Assembly: GCA_965238275.1 (NCBI GenBank)
Contig: OZ250186.1
Span: 896,001 to 960,000 of the forward strand
Reading direction: 5' to 3'
Length of the DNA stretch: 64,000 bases
Source of the DNA: Nitrosopumilus sp.
GTDB lineage: Archaea > Thermoproteota > Nitrososphaeria > Nitrososphaerales > Nitrosopumilaceae
Under the pieces are notes generated by a model that ran no database searches, was not told where the DNA came from, and saw only the letters and a program-made list of their open reading frames with translations. The translations under genes and the position numbers were made by a program. Positions 51,696-59,179 of the stretch are shown here, piece after piece; position 1 is the stretch's first letter; every line of letters begins with the position of its first letter.

Positions 51696-53174
51696 TTGAC
51701 AAAGGTACTGCACGACATTGAAAAAAGAATCATCAAGGCCATCAAGGATGATGAAAGTGTAGGCCGGCCACCATACCCGAAGAATTCCCTGAAAGATACC
51801 ACCACTCTCTATACCACGCTTGGAACCATGACCGGACTCTCACTGGATCAGGTTAGAAGGGGAATTGAATGGCTTAGACTCAAGCGCCTCATACGTGTGG
51901 ATTTGGAATCTACAAATGCATTCTGTATGGCCCGAAACGGTCAGGAGTCCCTTGAGAATAAACTGCCTGAGAGGAGGCTGATGAATCTTCTCAATTCCAA
52001 GAGTCCTAGGAACCTCCCTGATCTGCAAAGGGATCTTGGACCATTACTTGGACCTGCGATGGGAATTGCAAAAAAGAACGGCTGGATAACCGTATCGGGC
52101 GGATCAGTATCACTCCGGGAATATCCTGGGGAACTGCTTGCTGAAAAGGCACTCGAACGGTTTAGAGATCCCGCCGCTCAAGCCACTGAAAATGATGCAA
52201 GGCAAGGTCGGATCGGCTTGTCCGAAGACAAGTTCAAACCTGGAGAATTGGCCTCGTTGGATCGTCCAGGGTTTCTTGACGTGACAAAGGTAGTGAAGAG
52301 ATCCGTGTCCCTTTTGGATTCTGTACAATCAATTGATCTGTCCGACTCTGACGGGATAGACGTGGCGGCTGGTGTCCCAAACCTTGTTGTGGCAAGGAGA
52401 CACCCACTCAAGGACGTGATTGATGAAATTCGTGAGATCTTCGTCACACTGGGATTCACCGAGATAAGCGGGAATATGACCCAGTCAAGCTTTTGGAACT
52501 TTGATGCACTCTTTACACCGCAGGATCATCCTGCCAGAGAGATGCAGGATACGTTCTATCTTGATTCTGCCGTTGCTGCTACTAGAGATGTCGCATCTGA
52601 CTTGCAGATGAGAAGGGTTTCTGAGTCGCACCGGAGAAACTGGCGATACCGGTGGGATGCAGAACAGGCACGCAGGATGGTTCTGCGAACCCACACCACA
52701 TGCGTTACCATCCGGCATCTGGCAGAACACAGGCCCGAGGAGGCCAGGTTCTTTTCGCTTGGCCGTGTCTTTCGGAACGAAAAGGTAAGCTACAAGCACC
52801 TTGTGGAGTTCAACCAGATCGAAGGGGTGGTAACCGGAAGGAATGCAACCCTGCGCGATCTGATGGGAATCCAGAAGGAATTCTACAGGCGGATTGGAAT
52901 TACCAAGGTCAAGTTCTGGCCTACGTTCTTCCCGTATACGGAGCCGTCGCTTCAGACGATGGTGTACAACGAAAAGCTTGGAAAATGGGTGGAGCTGTTC
53001 GGGATGGGCATCTTTAGAAGGGAGGTCACAAAGCCGCTTGGAATCGACAGACCCGTACTGGCCTGGGGAGGAGGAATAGAGAGGATTGCAATGCTCAGAT
53101 ATGATCTGGACGACGTCCGGGAGTTTTACAACAACAATCTGGACTGGTTGAGGAATGCTGTAAAATGCCAGTAG
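51696..53174 (+). CDS. pheS: Phenylalanine-tRNA ligase alpha subunit
   Basis: WNFDAL, HPAREMQDTF, RTHTT, FPYTEPS. Confidence 0.96.
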   Translation: MTKVLHDIEKRIIKAIKDDESVGRPPYPKNSLKDTTTLYTTLGTMTGLSLDQVRRGIEWLRLKRLIRVDLESTNAFCMARNGQESLENKLPERRLMNLLNSKSPRNLPDLQRDLGPLLGPAMGIAKKNGWITVSGGSVSLREYPGELLAEKALERFRDPAAQATENDARQGRIGLSEDKFKPGELASLDRPGFLDVTKVVKRSVSLLDSVQSIDLSDSDGIDVAAGVPNLVVARRHPLKDVIDEIREIFVTLGFTEISGNMTQSSFWNFDALFTPQDHPAREMQDTFYLDSAVAATRDVASDLQMRRVSESHRRNWRYRWDAEQARRMVLRTHTTCVTIRHLAEHRPEEARFFSLGRVFRNEKVSYKHLVEFNQIEGVVTGRNATLRDLMGIQKEFYRRIGITKVKFWPTFFPYTEPSLQTMVYNEKLGKWVELFGMGIFRREVTKPLGIDRPVLAWGGGIERIAMLRYDLDDVREFYNNNLDWLRNAVKCQ

Positions 53175-54814
53175 TGGAGATTTCACATTCGCGCCTTCGA
53201 AGGCTGGTGGGCGGCTCCGCCAGAAAACAGATCTCAGAGACTCTGCCGTTTCTGGGGCTTGACATAGAATCCGAACACGGGGACGCAGTGCGCGTGGAGT
53301 ACAGCCCGAACAGGCCTGACTACTCTACTGATTTTGGGATCGCGCTGGGCCTGCAGGGGCTGCTTGGGCTCAAAACGGGGGCAGTCAGACTCATGGTAAA
53401 GGAATCTGACAGATACCAAATCTCAGTCAGCCCCGGCGTCTCCAAGATTCGACCGTTTGTGACCGGAATAGCCGCCATGGGTGGCCGAATCAATGACCAC
53501 ACCATCAGACAGCTGATGGCGATGCAGGAGGATCTCCATATGGGGCCGGGCAGAAGAAGGAAAAAGTCCTCCGTTGGGATTCATGACATGGACAGGATCA
53601 AGTTCCCCCTGGAATATACTGCAACATCGCGTGATCACCGGTTTGTCCCGCTAAACTCAAAGGACGATCTCTCCATCTCTGAGATTCTCAGTACCACGGA
53701 CGTGGGCCGGAACTATGGCAGCGTCCTTGAAGGACACACCATGGTTCCGATAATCCTTGATGCCGCCCAGGACGTCATCTCGTTTCCGCCCATCATAAAC
53801 TCCGCCCTTACCACCGTGACTACAAAGACCAGAAACCTGTTGGTGGAGATAACCGGAACCGGCAAGGCCGATGCAGAAGACATGCTTGCCGTGGTGGCAA
53901 CCGTCCTGCAGAGTGCCGGATTCTCCCTGGAGACGCTTGGCGTGTCGGGCCCGAAAAACTCCACCCCGTCCCTCAAGACCAGGCACATGACACTGGATCC
54001 ATCACTTGCAAACCAGACCCTTGGACTGAACCTTGGCCGGTCAGCCGTGGCATCTGCCCTCAAAAGATCAAGGCTTGATGCGTCCGTCCGGAAGGGAATG
54101 ATCGAATGCACCATTCCTGCATACCGCTTTGACATACTCGGACCAATGGATCTTGTGGAGGAGGTTGCACTTGGATACGGAATACAGAATCTTGATCCCG
54201 TCCTGTCCCCGTCCCAGACGCTTGGACAGGCAAGCCCTGTCTCATCGGCACTGAGCCTGCTTGACCAAACCATGATCGGGCTGGGATTCCTTGAGGCGCT
54301 AAACTCCAGCCTCACCAGCATGGACACACTCTACACCCTGACAAACAGGAAACCCCAAAACCCGTTTTCGGTACTTGACTCAAAGAGTCGCGAGCACACC
54401 GTCCTGCGCGACTCCATACTGCCAGAACTACTTGAGAACCTTTCAAGAAACATACACGTGGCATACCCGCAGAAAATCTTTGAGACCGGCACCATATTCC
54501 TTGAGGGCGACCCGGTATCTGAGGTTACGAGTCTTGCCGCAGTCAGCGCCCATGATGATGCAAGCTTTACTGAGATAAAGTCCGTACTCCAGTCGTGCCT
54601 TGGAACGGGGTTTGGAATCAAGATACAGACTCCCCCCTCCGCCCATCCGACATTCCAAAAGGGCAGGTGCGCTGACATTGTGATAAATGATCAAAGGGCG
54701 GGGACAATCGGGGAGATCGACTCTGAGGTAGTCCGGAACCACAAGATCCGCAATCCGGTTGCAGGCTTTGAGATGTTCCTGTCCGGAACCGTCCTAAAGC
54801 CCTCTCAGCCATGA
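53165..54814 (+). CDS. pheT: Phenylalanine-tRNA ligase beta subunit
   Basis: PNRPD, SFPPIINS, RFDILGPMDLVEEVA. Confidence 0.95.
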   Translation: MPVVEISHSRLRRLVGGSARKQISETLPFLGLDIESEHGDAVRVEYSPNRPDYSTDFGIALGLQGLLGLKTGAVRLMVKESDRYQISVSPGVSKIRPFVTGIAAMGGRINDHTIRQLMAMQEDLHMGPGRRRKKSSVGIHDMDRIKFPLEYTATSRDHRFVPLNSKDDLSISEILSTTDVGRNYGSVLEGHTMVPIILDAAQDVISFPPIINSALTTVTTKTRNLLVEITGTGKADAEDMLAVVATVLQSAGFSLETLGVSGPKNSTPSLKTRHMTLDPSLANQTLGLNLGRSAVASALKRSRLDASVRKGMIECTIPAYRFDILGPMDLVEEVALGYGIQNLDPVLSPSQTLGQASPVSSALSLLDQTMIGLGFLEALNSSLTSMDTLYTLTNRKPQNPFSVLDSKSREHTVLRDSILPELLENLSRNIHVAYPQKIFETGTIFLEGDPVSEVTSLAAVSAHDDASFTEIKSVLQSCLGTGFGIKIQTPPSAHPTFQKGRCADIVINDQRAGTIGEIDSEVVRNHKIRNPVAGFEMFLSGTVLKPSQP

Positions 54815-54964
54815 CGCTGCAGACAGTATTGCCCCTGCCGAAAGAATTCCAGCCCCTATGACTGACTCTACCACCAGCCTCTGATGGATTGCCCTCTCCT
54901 CTGAGCCAGGCAGCATGCGGGATTCTGAACCAAGCCCCTCCTCAAGATACTGAATCTGGGGATA

Positions 54965-56543
54965 TAGCGACGCGCATAAATTCGTGCAGTCTAACCTGCG
55001 ACTGCAAACTCTGCGCTTTCCGGCGCTCTGTCAGACCTTCTATAGCGGCGAGCGAAAGTTCGTGCAAACAGATCTCTCTGTAGCATGTCCTGATGCTCTT
55101 TCCGGCGCTCTGTCAGACCTTCCAATATTGTCGTCGTTGCCGGGTCCAAGCCGACCTGTCGAATTGTTCATTCCAGAACTATCCGATCCGTGATCCTCGC
55201 GCCTTGTGACGACCTCGACACCTGCAATGGTGCCTCCACGATTCCCGTGGGCTTGGCCGCCAGTCTCCTCCGTATGGAGACAGTCATTATCCAAAATGTT
55301 TTTTGCCACGTTCTTGTCGGCATGGTGGCACCATCCGCATGAGACGCAGACAAATGATTCGCCGTTCCTGGATTTCTTGTCCACTACCCCGCAGGCAGCG
55401 CACCTCTGGCTTGTATGTGCGTGTTCCACGCGTCTTGAAATTCCGCCTTTCTTTTTCATCTGCCATTCGACTTGCGTCCTGAACTCTCCCAGACGGGAGT
55501 AGGCCATCTCGCGGTTGAGTCCGGTCTTTGATGCCTTTCCGTTGGATCTTCTCATTCTGGTCAGATCCAGGTCTTCCAAAAACAACGCTGACAACCCCCT
55601 TGTTATCCGCCTGGCGATGCCTGTCTCGTTGTGTCTTTGCCTGTCAGATGTCTTTTTCAATTCCTTTTTTATCACGCGGCCTGTTTTCCCCCACTCCCTT
55701 GATCCACGTTTGTATTTGGATCGCCGTGCACGCAGCCTGTCAATTTTGTCGCCGCCATGCCTTCTGCATCCGCCAGGAACATTGTACAGTCTCTCGTTTC
55801 CGTGACTGTCTGCCACTGCGGCAAGGTGCCTGACTCCCAGGTCAAGTCCTGCAATTTTGCCGCCGACGTCTGCAGGCTCCGGATCCGGAATTTCTGTTTG
55901 CAGGCACAGTCTGAACTTGCGCTGGAAATCAGCCGTCTTGCGCGTGACCTTGTCGGTAACGTCGATCATTTGAAATGACACCAGCCTGCCTTCAGGCATT
56001 GTCGTGCGCGGTTTTACTTCCCCGAGTCCCGGCAGGAACACGCACCCGTTATCACGCAGTTTTGGCCTTCCGCGGGAATTTAACGAACGCAGCCTGGTGA
56101 TCTTTTTGTCCCACCGCCTCATCAGGCTTGACGGCTCTGTCCACCTGTTGTGCTTGTACGTTTGACATTTGCCAAGCCTTGCCTGTTTTTTGCGCCAGAC
56201 GCGCTTGTGGTGCTTGAGCCGGTTTGCCTTGCGGAATTTGGCCACGGCCTGGAATGCCTGTTTGGATGCTGCCTCGTGCATGTGGCATGTGCCAGTCAAG
56301 TCAAATTTCTTGCGCCACATCGTTATCATATTGTTTAGGTCAAATTGGGTAATCCTAGGATGTGCAAGCTTCATCATGATTGTCATGTCGTAAACAATGT
56401 CGGTTTCCCGGGAGTATTTCACGATCTTGCGTGAGAGTTCCCTGGATTGTTTTATCTTGATGTTTTTGCTGACAATCATGCATGCAAATAGAATTGGTTT
56501 CTTAAAAGGAGTGTAAAAGTGCACGAACTTATGCTTTTAGCTA
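54965..56543 (-). mobile_element. Non-autonomous TnpB-carrying element with IS630-like TIRs and TA TSD (copy 2; chimeric, two right ends)
   Basis: Left end TAGCTAAAAGCATAAGTTCGTGCA; outer right end TAGCGACGCGCATAAATTCGTGCA (54965); inner right end TAGCGGCGAGCGAAAGTTCGTGCA (55043); TA at 54963-64 and 56544-45. Confidence 0.87.
55040..56479 (-). CDS. tnpB: TnpB RNA-guided endonuclease (copy 2)
   Basis: GLDLG, LEDL, zinc finger, HADKN; ATG start aligned to copy 1. Confidence 0.92.
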   Translation of the reverse strand: MIVSKNIKIKQSRELSRKIVKYSRETDIVYDMTIMMKLAHPRITQFDLNNMITMWRKKFDLTGTCHMHEAASKQAFQAVAKFRKANRLKHHKRVWRKKQARLGKCQTYKHNRWTEPSSLMRRWDKKITRLRSLNSRGRPKLRDNGCVFLPGLGEVKPRTTMPEGRLVSFQMIDVTDKVTRKTADFQRKFRLCLQTEIPDPEPADVGGKIAGLDLGVRHLAAVADSHGNERLYNVPGGCRRHGGDKIDRLRARRSKYKRGSREWGKTGRVIKKELKKTSDRQRHNETGIARRITRGLSALFLEDLDLTRMRRSNGKASKTGLNREMAYSRLGEFRTQVEWQMKKKGGISRRVEHAHTSQRCAACGVVDKKSRNGESFVCVSCGWCHHADKNVAKNILDNDCLHTEETGGQAHGNRGGTIAGVEVVTRREDHGSDSSGMNNSTGRLGPGNDDNIGRSDRAPERASGHATERSVCTNFRSPL

Positions 56544-56720
56544 TAGTCAAAGATTACGACCATGGAGCCAAGAACCACCATTACAATCCCCACCAGAAAG
56601 AGCATCGTACGGTTCATCTGATTCCAGTCATAAACTGCATCATTTAACCCTGGTCTAATCCGGTATTCCTTCCTGGGCCAAATTCGTGCAGGTCCTGCCC
56701 GATACAAATGTGGCTTTTTT

Positions 56721-56864
56721 CATATACTCTAAGTTTTTAGCCTGATGCCCCTGTTAGGAGATCATGATCAAAAATAGTTTTAAAAAATTAGACAGACGCG
56801 GATTTTCTGATTGTAGATATGGAGTTCAACTCCAGATACATATACTCTAAGTTTTTAGCCTGAT
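56721..56864 (+). repeat. 26-bp perfect direct repeat CATATACTCTAAGTTTTTAGCCTGAT
   Basis: Copies at 56721-56746 and 56839-56864. Confidence 0.9.
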
Positions 56865-57049
56865 TGCCCAAGAGCAGGCACGCAGACGGATCAGGATGAT
56901 GTCGATCGTAACGATACCTGTGATTTCTGATTCACCCAGGTGTGCTACATTATGGGCAACCCCGGTTACAGAGCCAAGGGAGGTTTTTGGCTAAATGCCG
57001 ATGAACCTGTGCGAGTCAGAGCCGGGGAACATCCAAAAACCATAAAACA
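56864..57049 (+). ncRNA. Putative structured sRNA, H/ACA-like with two hairpins
   Basis: GGCACGC/GTGTGCT stem followed by ACA; GGATCAGGA/TTCTGATTC upper stem with TGA motifs; GGTTTTTGG/CCAAAAACC stem followed by ATAAAACA. Confidence 0.5.
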
Positions 57050-57072
57050 GCCCTCACACCCACACCAGACGT

Positions 57073-57510
57073 ATGACCAACTACTGGCTTGCAAAACAGG
57101 AGCCTGGCGGCCCGAGGGGATACAGCTTTGGACAGCTTGAAAGGGACAAGGAGACTGTCTGGGACGGCGTCCATAACAACCTTGCACTAAAACACATGAG
57201 AAGCATGATGCCCGGAGACCTGGTACTGTTCTATCACACCGGCGGCGAGAGGCAGGCAGTCGGCATCATGGAGGTAACATCAAAGCCATACCCCAATCCC
57301 GCAGAGGCCTTTGAGCGCTTTATCGTGGTGGATGTAAGGTACAAAAAGGCGCTAAAGCGCCCCGTGACCCTTGAGGAGATAAAGGCAGATGAAAGATTCC
57401 AAAACTGGGAGCTTGTCCGGATATCCAGGCTCTCTGTAATGCCCGTACCGCCGCCCGTATGGGACGCCATATTGGCAATATCTGAGACCCAGGCACGATC
57501 GATTTATTGA
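57073..57510 (+). CDS. EVE domain protein
   Basis: YWLAKQEP, WDGVHN, GDLVLFYH, RLSVMPV. Confidence 0.92.
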   Translation: MTNYWLAKQEPGGPRGYSFGQLERDKETVWDGVHNNLALKHMRSMMPGDLVLFYHTGGERQAVGIMEVTSKPYPNPAEAFERFIVVDVRYKKALKRPVTLEEIKADERFQNWELVRISRLSVMPVPPPVWDAILAISETQARSIY

Positions 57511-57535
57511 TATAACCGTCCCATGCAGGAAATTT

Positions 57536-57775
57536 ATGGCAACAGCTTATGTTTTAATAAACTGTGAACTTGGCTCAGAAGAGGCAATCATCCAGCAGTT
57601 GAAAGGTCTGGATGGCGTCAAGGAGGTTCATGGAACCTTTGGTGCCTATGACATCCTTGCCAAGATTGAGTCTGACACCGTTGAAAAACTCAGAGAGACC
57701 ATTACTTGGAAGATTCGAAAGATTGAGAAGATTCGTTCGACTCTTACCCTGATGGGAATCGAGGGGCAAACCTAA
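57536..57775 (+). CDS. Lrp/AsnC ligand-binding domain protein
   Basis: Close paralog of 9192..9431. Confidence 0.9.
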   Translation: MATAYVLINCELGSEEAIIQQLKGLDGVKEVHGTFGAYDILAKIESDTVEKLRETITWKIRKIEKIRSTLTLMGIEGQT

Positions 57776-57795
57776 CCCTATCCCTTTTTCTTATC

Positions 57796-58389
57796 ATGCT
57801 ACTCCACTTCATCTTCCTTGTAAGGGAGCAGGATCTCCAGAGGCGCAAGCCAGAGTTTGAGTACATACAGAAGATGGCCCGGTTCTATAACGCGTGGATA
57901 TGGGAAAAATTCAGACTCCGCTACGATGTCTGCTGCGACGAGATGGTCATAAGGCCCAGAAGCATACTTCAGAGGATTGACACGCACACGCTTGTAAATG
58001 ATCACAGGCAGAGGGGGGATGACACATACCACTTCTATCTGGCACATTTCAGACCCACGTGGACTGACTGCACATGCGAGGGATACCATGCAGAAAATTT
58101 TGGCATGATCTTCTGGAAGCCTCCGGGGGAGGAGGCCGACGGCGAGCTGTTCCTTGCAGAAAAGAACTGCACTGCCGTATCACATGAGATTCTTCACGAG
58201 ATGCTCCGGTTATCCGGACGCAAGAGATTCATTCGGGACGTTCATGACGTATGGACCAAGCATCTCTTTGAGAATCTGGAGTTTGAGCAGTACGGGGATG
58301 ACTTTGCAAGGACTGACGGGATGCCGGTCTTTCTTACAATGAACACTGCACAGCTTGGCCTGGAAGACGGCCTAGTATCTGGTGACTGA
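57796..58389 (+). CDS. Hypothetical protein with HExxH zincin motif
   Basis: SHEILHEML. Confidence 0.7.
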   Translation: MLLHFIFLVREQDLQRRKPEFEYIQKMARFYNAWIWEKFRLRYDVCCDEMVIRPRSILQRIDTHTLVNDHRQRGDDTYHFYLAHFRPTWTDCTCEGYHAENFGMIFWKPPGEEADGELFLAEKNCTAVSHEILHEMLRLSGRKRFIRDVHDVWTKHLFENLEFEQYGDDFARTDGMPVFLTMNTAQLGLEDGLVSGD

Positions 58390-59004
58390 GTAGATGTTGT
58401 TTTCAAAGTTTGCAGTCTTGAAGTCCAGCGTGTCTTCTTGCTCGTTGGACCTTGACTTGTTCAGGTTGTCAAGCTCGACTAGCGCATCGCCCCTGAAACC
58501 CACCGAGGATCCATAGATTGCATCTGTAAGCATCGTTCCGTGATCACCCCTCTTGATGTCGTCTACCATGTCATAAAATCTGGTAGTCTCCCTTTTGTTG
58601 ACCGGATTTCCAGTTGCCTTGTTGTATGCCACTGAAATGTACATTCCGTTGCTCTTTACTGCAACCTGAATCTTGTGATTCTTTCCTGATGCTCCGGGAA
58701 TCATCTCGTTTACCAGAACCTCGCACTTGTGGTACATGCTTGAGACGTACGCGTAGAACCTGTACTGTGCAAACTTTCCTGCATGGTCCTCCTGGCATTC
58801 GACAAATATCCTGTGCAGCATCTCCAGTGCGTCATCATTCATGCTCTGAAGCCTGTCATCAATCCTGCCTCTCTCAAGAAGGGTCGACTTGGTCTCTTTT
58901 GCGATCAGCACCAGGATAAAGTCCGGCAGGTTGTAGTTTTTGAGGGCCGCCACAAACGAGCCTGACTGTGACATGCCAAACTTTGGAAATCCCTTGTTGA
59001 CCAT
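58372..59004 (-). CDS. Hypothetical protein with restriction-endonuclease-like C-terminal fold
   Basis: IPGASGKNHKIQVAV resembles an Mrr-like GxSGxxH motif; start MVNKGFP inferred. Confidence 0.6.
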   Translation of the reverse strand: MVNKGFPKFGMSQSGSFVAALKNYNLPDFILVLIAKETKSTLLERGRIDDRLQSMNDDALEMLHRIFVECQEDHAGKFAQYRFYAYVSSMYHKCEVLVNEMIPGASGKNHKIQVAVKSNGMYISVAYNKATGNPVNKRETTRFYDMVDDIKRGDHGTMLTDAIYGSSVGFRGDALVELDNLNKSRSNEQEDTLDFKTANFENNIYSVTRY

Positions 59005-59179
59005 GCCCCTAGACCATTCCCCTAGATCATTCCCCGAGGATCGGCATACACAAACATCATAATATAAAGCCCCCATTGGCTTATAATTGTTAAGAAATTC
59101 GGATGGATTCCGGGGCGTGTTTCTGACCATTCCTGGAATGTTGCCCCGAATCGGCCCTGTCCGGTTGGTTGGTTGGAAC

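Larger units (their letters stand above)
54794..56617 (-). pseudogene. 80-aa two-TM host gene split by TnpB element copy 2 (5' part 56544-56617, 3' part 54794-54962)
   Basis: Removing the element and one TA restores MNRTMLFLVGIVMVVLGSMVVIFD-Y-PQIQYLEE...AASWLRGL* in frame. Confidence 0.85.

Noticed and set aside
55018-55122. 25-bp direct repeat with differing intervening sequence as a mini-CRISPR
   Set aside because: Only two units exist, each tied to a TIR; nested element ends explain them better.
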